In this document: positions 10,123 through 19,382 of the stretch, piece by piece
Numbering within the stretch: the stretch's first letter is position 1
Layout of the letters: each line of letters opens with the position of its first letter
Assembly (NCBI GenBank): GCA_044225365.1
Contig: JBGAIQ010000023.1
Coordinates: 26,362-90,361, forward strand
DNA: 64,000 nucleotides
Reading direction: 5' to 3'
Source of the DNA: Planctomycetota bacterium
GTDB lineage: Bacteria; Planctomycetota; B15-G4; JADJEK01
Position numbers and translations under genes: made by a program
Notes under the pieces: model-generated
What the model saw: the letters and a program-made list of their open reading frames with translations, nothing else
Databases searched by the model: none
What the model was told of the DNA's origin: nothing

Positions 10123-11576
10123 GCACCCCACATCCTGGATCCCGATCGATTCGCGCCCTGGCGGCCCTCAGTGTCCTGTTCGCTCCCCGCCTCTTCGCCG
10201 GCCAGGAAACCGTCGATGTCGGCGCGAGCGAGTGTCTCGTCGTCATCTCGCGCACCGGGTCGGACCTGAAGAAGGGCCAGATCTTCGCGACCGCGGGTCA
10301 GATGGGCATCCGCGATCGGGTCTTCACGGCCGGTCGCTACCTCCTCGACCCCGATACGCAGACGTGGGAGAAGCATCCGTTGATCCACATCGGCGCGGGA
10401 TCGCCGATGATCAACGGAGCCACGGGAAAGACGCCGGAGGTCGGCGTCGTCACGGCGCTCCTCGGCGATCCACTCCCCGACGGTCAGATCCTCGCGGAGC
10501 CCGGTCAGCGAGGGATCCAGCGGCGCGTGCTCACGCCCGGCAACTACGCGCTCAATCCGTACGCGTTCAAGGTCGAGGTCATGCCGGCGACCGTGATCGC
10601 CCCCGGCCAGGTCGGCGTCGTGACGCGCCTCGTCGGATCGCTCACCACGAACGACTTCGCCGAGCCCACGGAGCGCGGTATCCAGAAATCGGTCCTCGCT
10701 CCGGGAACCTACTTCCTCAACCCGTACGAAGTGTCGGTCACTCGGATCGCGGTCGGGTTTCGCGAGCTCACGTTCGACGGCCCGCTCGCAATCACGTTTC
10801 CGTCTTCGGATTCCTATCCGATCCAATGCGAGGTCACCGTCGTCTGGGGCATCCTCGCGAGCGACGCACCGCATCTCGTGAAGCGATTCGGTTCCGAGAG
10901 CAACCTGATCGATCGCGTGCTGAAGCCGCAGGTCGAGTACATCATCCGCTCCGCGGGCAGCGATCTTGCCGCGAAGGACTTCGTCGATGGCGCCGCACGC
11001 GGCCGTTTCCAACAGAAGATCCAGGACGACCTGAAGAAGGCGCTCGAGGCCAAGAACGTGCGCGCCGAACTCGCGCTCGTGCGCAGCGTCGACGTACCCG
11101 AGGCGGTCCGAAAGCCCATTCAGGTGGCCAAGATCGCGGAGGAAGAGACCCTCACGAACAAGGCGCGCGAGCAGACCATCTCCGCGCATACCGAGCTGGT
11201 GAAGGTCACCTCGCAACAGCAACTCGTCGTCGCGGAGGCGAAGGGAGAGACCGAGCGCCTCGTCGGCGAAGAGCGGAGCCGGGCCCTCGCCGAAGCCTCC
11301 CGAATCAATGCCGATTTCGAACTCGAGAAGTCTCGATTTGCCGCCGAGAACGCCACCGCGAAGGCGGAGATCGATGCGATCCTCGACGCGGCGAAGGCCG
11401 ACGCCGAGCGTCTCGTGGCCGCCGCAAAGGCCGAAGCGGAAGCGAAGCGCGTCGCCCTCTTCGGGTCGAGCGACGCTTACGCGCTCTATCGATTCGCGAC
11501 CCATCTCTCGGACAACTTGAAGTTCGAGCTCAACTCTCCCGCGACGCAGGCACGCGACGTACCCACCGTTCACTGA
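10119..11576 (+). CDS. Second SPFH/Band-7 protein with three N-terminal repeats
   Basis: ATGA overlap with the previous gene; signal-like N-term; RGIQ..VL.PG.Y.LNPY repeats; SSDSYPIQCEVTVVW SPFH core; Ala/Glu-rich coiled coil. Confidence 0.8.
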   Translation: MSTPHPGSRSIRALAALSVLFAPRLFAGQETVDVGASECLVVISRTGSDLKKGQIFATAGQMGIRDRVFTAGRYLLDPDTQTWEKHPLIHIGAGSPMINGATGKTPEVGVVTALLGDPLPDGQILAEPGQRGIQRRVLTPGNYALNPYAFKVEVMPATVIAPGQVGVVTRLVGSLTTNDFAEPTERGIQKSVLAPGTYFLNPYEVSVTRIAVGFRELTFDGPLAITFPSSDSYPIQCEVTVVWGILASDAPHLVKRFGSESNLIDRVLKPQVEYIIRSAGSDLAAKDFVDGAARGRFQQKIQDDLKKALEAKNVRAELALVRSVDVPEAVRKPIQVAKIAEEETLTNKAREQTISAHTELVKVTSQQQLVVAEAKGETERLVGEERSRALAEASRINADFELEKSRFAAENATAKAEIDAILDAAKADAERLVAAAKAEAEAKRVALFGSSDAYALYRFATHLSDNLKFELNSPATQARDVPTVH

Positions 11577-11671
11577 CCCTCGGGCCGAAGACGAACTCCG
11601 ACGAACGGGTGCCATCTCGGATCGGACTCCGTAGGATTCCGATCGCCCATTCCTAAGCTCGGGCGATCGGC

Positions 11672-12994
11672 ATGTCGGGTACCTCCTTCGAGATCATCCT
11701 CATCGTTCTTCTCGTCGTCGCGAACGGATTGTTCGCGATGTCGGAGATGGCGCTCGTCGCGTCGCGCAAGGCGCGCTTGAAGCAGCGCGCCAAGGAAGGC
11801 GTCGCGGGCGCGAAGGTCGCGCTCGAACTCGCCGAGGCGCCTTCCGATTTCCTCGCGACCGCGCAGATCGGGATCACACTGGTCAGCGTCATCGCGAGCG
11901 CATTCGGCGGCGCCAAGCTCGCCGACCCGCTCGCGGCCTGGCTCGAGCAGTTTCCGGCGGTCGCCGCCTATTCGACCGCCATCGCGCTCACGACGGTCGT
12001 CGCCGGGATCACGCTGCTCACCATCTTCATCGGTGAGCTCGTCCCGAAGCGGCTCGCGATCGCCCACGCGGAGGCGATCGCCTGCGTCGCCGCTCGGCCC
12101 ATGCGAGTGCTCGCGAAGATTTGCACGCCGCTCGTCCACGTGCTCGGTCGTACGACCGATTGGATCGTGAAGGTCGTGGGAGTGAAGAAGACGGGCGACG
12201 AACCCGTCGTCACCGACGACGAGGTGCGACACCTGCTCGATCAGGGCATGCGCGCCGGGAACTTCGAGTTCGTCGAACGCCTCATGGTCGACAACTTGTT
12301 CAAGCTGTCGGACCGCCGCGTCGGATCGATCATGACTCCGCGGCAGGACGTCGTGTGGCTCGACGTCGCCGAACCCCTCGCCGAGATCCACCGCAAGATC
12401 AGCGCGGACAATCACGCCCGCTACATCGTCGCCGACGGCGATCTCGATCACGTGATCGGCGTCGTACGCATCCGCGATCTGCTGAAGAAGAGTCTCGCCG
12501 GCGCGAAGATCGACCTGAAGGTCGCGGTACAGAAACCGCTCTACGTCCCCGAGACGCTGCCCGCGCTGAAACTGCTCGAAGCGTTCAAGCGCCGTCGGCA
12601 GCACATGGCTCTCGTCCTCGACGAATACGGCGGGCTGCAGGGGATCGCAACGCTCGCCGACGTGCTCGAATCGATCCTCGGCGACATCCCAGACCACGGC
12701 GAATACAGCGAACCGGACGCGGTGCAGCGCGACGACGGTTCGTGGCTCCTCGACGGCGGCATCGATGTCGAGAAGGTGCGCACGATCCTCAGCATGCCGC
12801 CGTCGACCGAGGACGAGCGCCAGTCGTTCTCGACGCTCGCGGGATTCGTGATGTATCACATGGGCCGCGTGCCCAACATCGGCGATCACTTCGAGCACGA
12901 GAACGTCCGATTCGAGGTCGTCGACCTCGATGGGCGGCGGATCGATCGCGTGCTGGCGCAGAAGTCGGCGCCTCCGCCGGCACCGACGCCTTGA
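11672..12994 (+). CDS. Hemolysin-family CNNM/CorC transporter (DUF21-CBS-CBS-CorC)
   Basis: NGLFAMSEMALV, FLATAQIGITL, GELVPK, IMTPR and DEYGG motifs. Confidence 0.93.
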   Translation: MSGTSFEIILIVLLVVANGLFAMSEMALVASRKARLKQRAKEGVAGAKVALELAEAPSDFLATAQIGITLVSVIASAFGGAKLADPLAAWLEQFPAVAAYSTAIALTTVVAGITLLTIFIGELVPKRLAIAHAEAIACVAARPMRVLAKICTPLVHVLGRTTDWIVKVVGVKKTGDEPVVTDDEVRHLLDQGMRAGNFEFVERLMVDNLFKLSDRRVGSIMTPRQDVVWLDVAEPLAEIHRKISADNHARYIVADGDLDHVIGVVRIRDLLKKSLAGAKIDLKVAVQKPLYVPETLPALKLLEAFKRRRQHMALVLDEYGGLQGIATLADVLESILGDIPDHGEYSEPDAVQRDDGSWLLDGGIDVEKVRTILSMPPSTEDERQSFSTLAGFVMYHMGRVPNIGDHFEHENVRFEVVDLDGRRIDRVLAQKSAPPPAPTP

Positions 12995-14218
12995 TCAGGC
13001 GTCGCGCAGGGCCACCGCGGGGTCGAGCCGCGCCGCGCGCCGCGCGGCCGGCAATCCGGCGAACGTACCGACCGCGACGAGCACTCCGAGCCCCGTCAGC
13101 AACAGCGGCGGATCGATCTTCGGGGCGACGTCGATCGTCATCGAGAGACTGAGCGGTCCGAGCGCCTTGACCGCGGCCCAGCCGAGGCCCACGCCCACCA
13201 AGCCGCCGCCGAGGCAGAGCAGCAACGATTCGGTGAGGATCTGGAGCTGGATCATGCGCGGCGTCGCGCCGAGCGCCTTGCGCAGTCCGATCTCGCTCGT
13301 GCGTTCCGCGACGGTGATGCCGACGACGTTTGCCGCACCGAGGCAACCGAGCACGAGCGCCACGAGCGAGATCATCCAGATCAGCGCTTCGAGCCCCGCC
13401 GCGACCGTATTCACCTGCGCGATGAACTCGGTCTGCTCGGTGATGTTCACCGCGGTCTTGTCGGTCGGGTCGAACTTGTAGAGCGTGCCGAGCGCGTTGC
13501 GCAGTTCGGAGACCGCATCGGCCGCGAGATCGGGGCGCACGGGCTTCACCGAGAGCCAGTCGACCATCTTGCCGCCCGAACCGCCCATCCCGAACGTCGC
13601 CGAATACGGCACGTAGAAGCTGTACGCGAACGCCGCGGGATCCCAAACGACTCCGACGATCTCGAATCTTCGCCCGCGCGCGTCGAGCCACTCGCCGAGC
13701 GGCGAGTCGTTGCCGAACAAGCCCTTCGCGAGCGGCATGTTGATGACCGCGACCTTCTCGTGATTCGCTTCGTCGGCGGCGGTGAACCACCGGCCCTCGA
13801 GCATCTTGAGGTCGGCGACGGAGAGGTACTCCGACCCGACGCCGCGCAGCGACGCCCAGGGCCAGCTCCGCTTCGGCGCGAACACGGGCGAGCCCATTCC
13901 CGGGCTGTAGCCGGGAGACATGTCGCCGATCGAGGGGCAGGCCTCACGGATGAGCTGTAGATCGTCGTACTTGATCTCGAGCCTCTTGCCCCTGCGGCTG
14001 CCGCCGGGTCCGCCGCGCATGCGGGGCTCGACCTTGATCTGCGTCGACCCCATCTGCTTCAGCACCTCGGCCGTGGCCTGCGGCGCCGAGTTGCCGTACG
14101 CCATCAGAACGAGCAATACGGCGGTTCCGAACGTCACCGTCAGCGCGGTCAGGACGGACCGCAGAGGATGGTGCCGCAGCGCGGCAATGGCTTCGGAGGC
14201 GACGATGTCGAATTGCAT
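12995..14218 (-). CDS. MacB/FtsX-type ABC transporter permease
   Basis: HPLRSVLTAL N-term; GAANVVGITVAERTSEIGLRKALGA; PARRAARLDPAVALR. Confidence 0.9.
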   Translation of the reverse strand: MQFDIVASEAIAALRHHPLRSVLTALTVTFGTAVLLVLMAYGNSAPQATAEVLKQMGSTQIKVEPRMRGGPGGSRRGKRLEIKYDDLQLIREACPSIGDMSPGYSPGMGSPVFAPKRSWPWASLRGVGSEYLSVADLKMLEGRWFTAADEANHEKVAVINMPLAKGLFGNDSPLGEWLDARGRRFEIVGVVWDPAAFAYSFYVPYSATFGMGGSGGKMVDWLSVKPVRPDLAADAVSELRNALGTLYKFDPTDKTAVNITEQTEFIAQVNTVAAGLEALIWMISLVALVLGCLGAANVVGITVAERTSEIGLRKALGATPRMIQLQILTESLLLCLGGGLVGVGLGWAAVKALGPLSLSMTIDVAPKIDPPLLLTGLGVLVAVGTFAGLPAARRAARLDPAVALRDA

Positions 14219-14283
14219 GGGGTAGAGCGAGTCTACTACGGATCGGAACGGAGAGCGTTGGGATGCGCTCGATGGCGAGCGAA

Positions 14284-14871
14284 TCACGATTCGAGGCAGC
14301 GCAGCGCCATGCGCGCCGTGCGCATCAACTCCTGGTTCGTCGCCCCGCCCGCCGCCTGCACCGCCATTCCGTGCGCCACGGTGATGACGAAGCGTGCGAC
14401 GTCGCCCGGATCGAGTCCTTTGGGCAGATCGCCTTCCTTCTTTGCGCGGACGAGTCGCTTTCGCAACTCCACTTCGCTCGCGGATCGTCGAGCCGCGAGC
14501 TCACGGCGCACGCGCTCGGATTCCTGGCCGCAAGCGAGTGCTCCTTGGACGAGGAGGCAGCCCCGCGGGTTCTTCTTGTCGGATAGCAGGCGCGCCGCCC
14601 CGAAGAGGAGTTCCTCGACGACTTCACGAGACGTGCCCTTCGAGAGCGCCGCGCGCGCGTGCGCCGCCGGACCTTCGGCGTAGCGGTCGAGCACCTTCTC
14701 GAAGAGGTCTTCCTTGTTGCCGAACGCGGCGTAGAGGCTCGGACGATTGATCCCCATCGCCTTCGTGAGGTCCGGCAACGACGCGCCCTCGTAGCCCTTC
14801 TCCCAGAAGACGCGGAGCGCGGCGTTCAGAGCTTCATCGAGATCGAAGGTTCGAGGACGGCCGGCGGGCAT
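14284..14871 (-). CDS. TetR/AcrR family regulator (ComR/BdcR-like)
   Basis: GRPRTFD...FWEKGYEGASLPDLTKAMGINRPSLYAAFGNKEDLF; PRGCL. Confidence 0.92.
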   Translation of the reverse strand: MPAGRPRTFDLDEALNAALRVFWEKGYEGASLPDLTKAMGINRPSLYAAFGNKEDLFEKVLDRYAEGPAAHARAALSKGTSREVVEELLFGAARLLSDKKNPRGCLLVQGALACGQESERVRRELAARRSASEVELRKRLVRAKKEGDLPKGLDPGDVARFVITVAHGMAVQAAGGATNQELMRTARMALRCLES

Positions 14872-14915
14872 GGCGCGGACTCCGTGGCTGTGTGGACCAT
14901 GGACTCTCTGGATTT

Positions 14916-14984
14916 CGTACCGCTCAATACATTAATCCAGTTGACGAGGAATCTCCACGAGCTACTTTTGTACCCTTCAGTACA
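14916..14984. promoter_or_regulatory. Two palindromic TetR operator candidates between the divergent tetR and SDR genes
   Basis: cGTACcgctcaaTACa (14916-14931) and TGTACccttcaGTACA (14969-14984) in an AT-richer intergenic region. Confidence 0.6.
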
Positions 14985-15007
14985 CAATCCAACGAAGGAG
15001 ACTCATC

Positions 15008-15766
15008 GTGTCGAACGCATCGAAGAAGCTCACGGGCAAGGTCGCACTCGTCACGGGCGGATCCCGGGGCATCGGCGCCGCGACGGCGCTCGCTCTCGCC
15101 GAGGATGGCGCCGACGTCGCCATCAGTTACTCGGCATCCGAGGCGAAGGCTCTCGAAGTCGTGAAGGCGATCGAGAAGAAGGGCGTGCGCGCTGCCGCGT
15201 TCAAGGCCGATCAGGCCGTCGCTGGCGAAGTGCGCAAGCTCATCGATTCCGTCCACCAGAAGTTCGGGAGGATCGACATCCTCGTCAACAACGCCGGCGT
15301 CTTCATGACCGGCTCCGTCGCCGACAGCGCGAACGACGAGGAGAAGTTCGACCACCAATTCGCGGTCAACGTCGGCGGCGTCGCGGCCGCTGTTCGCTCC
15401 GCGGCTCCTCGCATGGGCTCCGGCGGCCGCATCATCACGATCGGCTCGTGCATCGGAGAGCGCGTGGGGTTCCCCGGCCTCGCGGACTACGCGGCGACGA
15501 AAGCCGCGGTCCTGAACTACACCCGGGGTTGGGCGCGTGATCTCGGTCCCAAGGGCATCACCGTCAACGTCGTCCAGCCCGGACCGATCGACACCGACAT
15601 GAACCCGGCGGACAGCGACTTCGCCAAAGTGCTCATTCCCGGCCTCGCGCTGGGGCGCTTCGGCAAGCCGGAGGAGGTGGCCGCCGCGGTCGTCTTCCTC
15701 GCGAGCCCGGCCGCCTCGTACATCACGGGCGCGACGCTCACCGTCGACGGCGGCGCGAACGCCTGA
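15008..15766 (+). CDS. SDR oxidoreductase (BdcA-like)
   Basis: TGGSRGIG, NNAG, YAATK and VQPGPIDTDMNP; AAGGAG RBS, GTG start. Confidence 0.92.
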   Translation: MSNASKKLTGKVALVTGGSRGIGAATALALAEDGADVAISYSASEAKALEVVKAIEKKGVRAAAFKADQAVAGEVRKLIDSVHQKFGRIDILVNNAGVFMTGSVADSANDEEKFDHQFAVNVGGVAAAVRSAAPRMGSGGRIITIGSCIGERVGFPGLADYAATKAAVLNYTRGWARDLGPKGITVNVVQPGPIDTDMNPADSDFAKVLIPGLALGRFGKPEEVAAAVVFLASPAASYITGATLTVDGGANA

Positions 15767-15786
15767 GCAGCGCGGCGTTCGAAGGC

Positions 15787-17208
15787 TCAGTGCGGGCGCG
15801 TCGATAACTCCCCCGTGACTCCGAGGAGTCGCGCCCGCCTCGCCGCCAATGCATCTCGGTCCCCCATCGCCGCGAGCCCGCAAAGGTACGGCACGGTTCG
15901 TTGCGTCTCGATTGCACGATTGGTCCATTCGAGCGCTTTCGATGTCGCGCCGGCGCGTTCGTAGTTGCCGGCGAGCGCCGTCTCGATCTCGAGTCGATAC
16001 ATAGAGGTGAGTTTCAAAAAGGAGGCACTGCCGGCCGCCGATTCGAGCAGTGAGTCGAGCTCGAGCAGGACTTCGATCGCGCGATTCCGATCCCCGAACC
16101 GACCTTCGTGCGTCGCGTATTCGATGGAACACGCGAGCCAGTCCTTTTCTTGGCGTCCAGGGTTCCACGTCGCATCGTGTCGAACAAGGCCACGCGGCGG
16201 ACCGAGCCGGTAAGCGCGACCTCGAAGCATCGCCGCGATCTCCTCGTCGCGATGCGCGCTCTGCCGATCGAATTCGAGCGCGATGCCCTGCAGCAGGTGT
16301 CGCGCGATCGCACGTTCGACTTCCGGATCGACGAGGCGGAGTGCGGCGCAACGGATCACGTTCTTGACCGAACATCGAGGATCGTCCTCGCTCTGCGATG
16401 GCATCGCATCGGAGAGTTCCGCGAGGACCGCCGCGCGTGCCGCATCGGTCGGCGCCCGCTCGTACTCTCTCCAGATCGCATCGATCGAAGTGATCGGTGG
16501 CCCGGGAAGGACGCTACACGACCCCATCACCCACGCGAACGGATCGAGGCGTTCGATCGCGAAGACGCGCGGGATCAGGTCGTTCGATTCGTCGGTCGGC
16601 GTGAACTCTTCCGGAACGGGCTCCTCGGCCGGGGGGCGGTCCTCTGCCGAGCCGGAGAGCAGGAGGGCCCGATGCAGCAGCGCCCTGGCCCGAGAATCCG
16701 CGCCCGACGAATCGATCGTTCCGTCGATGCGATTGCCGCTCGTCCGTCGTGTGCAGCGTTCGCGAATCGATGTGAGCAATTCCTCGTCGATCGGTCCCAG
16801 ATCGACCCGCACGCACAGCTCGGCGAACTCGCGATCCGCTCCGCGCGCGCCGCGAAGGCTCTCGTGAGCGAACTTCGCCCACGCGCTTGGCCACCACGCC
16901 GTTCCGGGTTCCCCGAGGTGATCGTCGATGGCGAGTCTCCACTCATGGCGCGGAAATCTCGTCACGATCGAGCGCGCTTCGTCGACGAATGCGTTCCATT
17001 GCTCGTGAATCGTCGCGATCGCGGAGAGCGCTTCATCGCGCCCACCCGGCTCGCCTCGCACCACGGAGTCGATGAGCGACTCCCTTTGCGCCGTCCAATC
17101 CACCGACCGGGGCAGGACCGTTGGCATCGGACCTTGCCTCGCACCTGGGAACGAAAAGGACAGGGGAAACAGGGTGATCCCAATCGCCGTCAGGGCTTCG
17201 AATCGCAT
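15787..17208 (-). CDS. Exported hypothetical protein with C-terminal TPR-like helices (paralog P1)
   Basis: Signal-like N-term; shares DDPR.S.KN, LLQGIALEF..AHRD and IETALA motifs with 20078-21001. Confidence 0.65.
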   Translation of the reverse strand: MRFEALTAIGITLFPLSFSFPGARQGPMPTVLPRSVDWTAQRESLIDSVVRGEPGGRDEALSAIATIHEQWNAFVDEARSIVTRFPRHEWRLAIDDHLGEPGTAWWPSAWAKFAHESLRGARGADREFAELCVRVDLGPIDEELLTSIRERCTRRTSGNRIDGTIDSSGADSRARALLHRALLLSGSAEDRPPAEEPVPEEFTPTDESNDLIPRVFAIERLDPFAWVMGSCSVLPGPPITSIDAIWREYERAPTDAARAAVLAELSDAMPSQSEDDPRCSVKNVIRCAALRLVDPEVERAIARHLLQGIALEFDRQSAHRDEEIAAMLRGRAYRLGPPRGLVRHDATWNPGRQEKDWLACSIEYATHEGRFGDRNRAIEVLLELDSLLESAAGSASFLKLTSMYRLEIETALAGNYERAGATSKALEWTNRAIETQRTVPYLCGLAAMGDRDALAARRARLLGVTGELSTRPH

Positions 17209-17301
17209 CGCTGGGTCCGCCTTCGGGTTTGGACCCCGCCCTGACGGAATCGTCCGCGCGCCCTTCCGCCGGATTGCGTGGAAGTGCGAGTTTGGGAAGC
17301 G

Positions 17302-17386
17302 TTCCCGTTCGGGAATTTTCGTCCGGAGACAGCTCATGAAGACTCCATCCGCGGGCCGTTTCGAGAAAAGTGTTCCCGATCGGGAT
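17302..17386. promoter_or_regulatory. Two palindromic HipB-type operator candidates
   Basis: TTCCCGttCGGGAA (17302-17315) and TTCCCGatCGGGAt (17373-17386) directly upstream of the HipB-like HTH fragment. Confidence 0.6.
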
Positions 17387-17387
17387 T

Positions 17388-17523
17388 CGGCGTTCGGCTC
17401 GTCTCCGACCTCGAGAGCGGCAAGCCCACGCTCCGGATGGACGCGGCGAATCGAGTCCTAGCGGTCTTCGGTAAGCGACTCGGTGCGGTCGACGCGGCGC
17501 GAGGAGACGGAGGCGTCCCATGA
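17388..17523 (+). pseudogene. Truncated HipB/Xre antitoxin (C-terminal half of HTH only)
   Basis: GVRLVSDLESGKPTLRMDAANRVLAVFGKRL matches the y4mF/HipB C-half; the first helices are missing. Confidence 0.7.
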
Positions 17524-17849
17524 GACTTCGATCGGCCCTGGTGCGCCTCGATGGAACGTCCGTTGGCAGGCTGGACGAGACCGCTCATGGATGTGAGTTC
17601 AGATATCTCTCGTCCTGGCTCGCGCGGCGCGAGGCCGTTCCGATCTCCCTCACGCTTCCGCTGCGCAGCGCTCCCGTCTCGACGGAGGGGCTCCATCCGT
17701 CCTTGGAGAACCTCCTCCCCGAAGGATGGCTGCGCGAACTCTCGACCCAGAAGTTGAAGATCAGCAAGGACGACGCGTTCGGCCTCCTCGTCGCAACCAA
17801 ACAGAACGCGCTCGACCTGGCGCGCGGTCGTTCCTCGGGGAGGCGATGA
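17520..17849 (+). pseudogene. HipA N-terminal-domain (HipS-like) gene with aberrant C-terminus
   Basis: VGRLDET...EFRY...ISLTLPLR...GLHPSLENLLPEGWL...DDAFGLL; the usual DCIGAV ending is absent. Confidence 0.75.
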
Positions 17850-18067
17850 AGACGGCGTACTAAATGACCGTTCACGATTCGGCCCGGCCTGCGACCGGCT
17901 GCGAGCCGCGGATGCATCGTCGGACCTCCTCATCGACTCTTTTCGTTGAGTCGCTTCGTCGGTCCTCCTCGCCTGCGCGGCTCTCCCTCGGTCTCGGTAC
18001 CCTGGCCGAATCGTGAACGGTCACATAGGCGCTGCTCGAGAAGCGCGCGGCGGATCTCTCGGCGTAG
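17825..18067 (+). pseudogene. Last codons of a HipA/HipT kinase, interrupted by a MITE
   Basis: RSFLGEAMKTAY left of the element and ALLEKRAADLSA* right of it join into a HipA-like C-terminus. Confidence 0.5.
17865..18023. mobile_element. 159-bp MITE / ERIC-like element with 20-bp terminal inverted repeats
   Basis: TGACCGTTCACGATTCGGCC (17865-17884) and GGCCGAATCGTGAACGGTCA (18004-18023); nested internal stems; half-copy at 63474-63556. Confidence 0.85.
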
Positions 18068-18088
18068 GAACACGGCGCCGCCCGCTCG

Positions 18089-18325
18089 TCACTTCCGAAT
18101 CAGCGCATTGGCGAGGTGCCCCCAAGCCGTCGCGATCGCGAGCAGCCCGAGGCACGCGGCTTCCAAACGCCCTTGGTCGGCCGCGTCGATGAAGACCCAC
18201 ACACCCGCTAGACCGGTGAAGAAGAGGCCGTAGATCGAGAACCCGACCATGCCTTCGATCGGTCCCTTCCATTTACCCTTGGCATTCACAGTGTCCTTGT
18301 CGGAATCGATCGAGTTCGACTGCAT
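18089..18325 (-). CDS. Small 2-TM hypothetical protein
   Basis: Two hydrophobic segments; purine-rich RBS. Confidence 0.5.
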   Translation of the reverse strand: MQSNSIDSDKDTVNAKGKWKGPIEGMVGFSIYGLFFTGLAGVWVFIDAADQGRLEAACLGLLAIATAWGHLANALIRK

Positions 18326-18385
18326 GCGTATTCCACCCTCGAGGTCCAATGAGATCCGATACCGCGGGTCCGCCGCAGCTTGTTT

Positions 18386-19297
18386 TCAAGAATCCGTGTT
18401 CACCCACATCGCCGTGAGCTGACGTATCGGGCCCGGCCGCGGTCCCCGCCAGTTCCGTTCGAACGATACCCGGAGAGCAACGGAAAGCTCGCGAGCCTTC
18501 GCCTCACACTTGTGAACACGCAGCATGCCTTCTTCCGTCGTGGCGACGTGGATTCCCGCCGAACCGTAGATCTGCGCGCGAAGAGCGAGCGTCATCGCCG
18601 CGATCTCACTGAGCCCCATTCCCTCGCGGATCGCATCCGCGGCGAGTTCGACGGAATCGAGACCACCGACCCGAAGAACGACGAACCCGCCGTCGCTTCG
18701 ATGTTGATTCGAATAGAGCGCGCCGATTCGAAATCGACTCGTCGAGTCCGCCGCGATCGCGCCGAAAGCATTTCGAATCGAGATCGCGGTGTCGCGAACG
18801 AACTCGGATGTCGTCGTCTGCTCCAGCGCATGAACGAGGTCGAGAACATCTCCGGCGCGCCACCGCGATCGCTCGTCGCCGAGGCAGGTGAGTACAGTGG
18901 TGATCTCGTCGTCGATATCGATCGCAATCGGCGATTCTGGACTCCTCGTCGGCATCGAAGCGAGGATCGACTCGAGCGCGTCGACCACTCGAGGATGACT
19001 CGCGCCGCAGACGAAGGCCACATCCGGATCGTGAAGAACGACAGCGAGCAGGTGTTCCACCTGCGCCCTCAGATGACGCCTTTTCAGACCAACGAAGGTC
19101 GACGCGAGGAGGCCGAGCCTCGCTTCCATCGGCAAGCGGAGACGACGCTGTAAGAATCTCCACACGTCTCGAATCATGAAGTGCCCGACGAGCGCAGCGA
19201 TCGAGATGTAAAGAGATGGTTGCGTCCCACCCTTCCACGCGAAGAGCGCGAGGACGAGCGTCCAGTAGATTGCGAGGAGGAGATAGTCGATCCGCAT
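18386..19297 (-). CDS. Membrane-anchored protein with Clp-N-like and degenerate ClpS-like domains
   Basis: Two N-terminal TMs; RRHLRAQVEHLLAVVLHDPDV (Clp-N-like); FVVL...AMTLALRAQIYGSAGI...AKARELSVALRVSFE (ClpS-like). Confidence 0.6.
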   Translation of the reverse strand: MRIDYLLLAIYWTLVLALFAWKGGTQPSLYISIAALVGHFMIRDVWRFLQRRLRLPMEARLGLLASTFVGLKRRHLRAQVEHLLAVVLHDPDVAFVCGASHPRVVDALESILASMPTRSPESPIAIDIDDEITTVLTCLGDERSRWRAGDVLDLVHALEQTTTSEFVRDTAISIRNAFGAIAADSTSRFRIGALYSNQHRSDGGFVVLRVGGLDSVELAADAIREGMGLSEIAAMTLALRAQIYGSAGIHVATTEEGMLRVHKCEAKARELSVALRVSFERNWRGPRPGPIRQLTAMWVNTDS

Positions 19298-19382
19298 GAG
19301 GATTCCCGATCCTGACTCGGGATCCTACGACTGCGTCGACGCCGCGCAATCATCGAAGTCGCGTCGGGACGTGATCCTGTCG

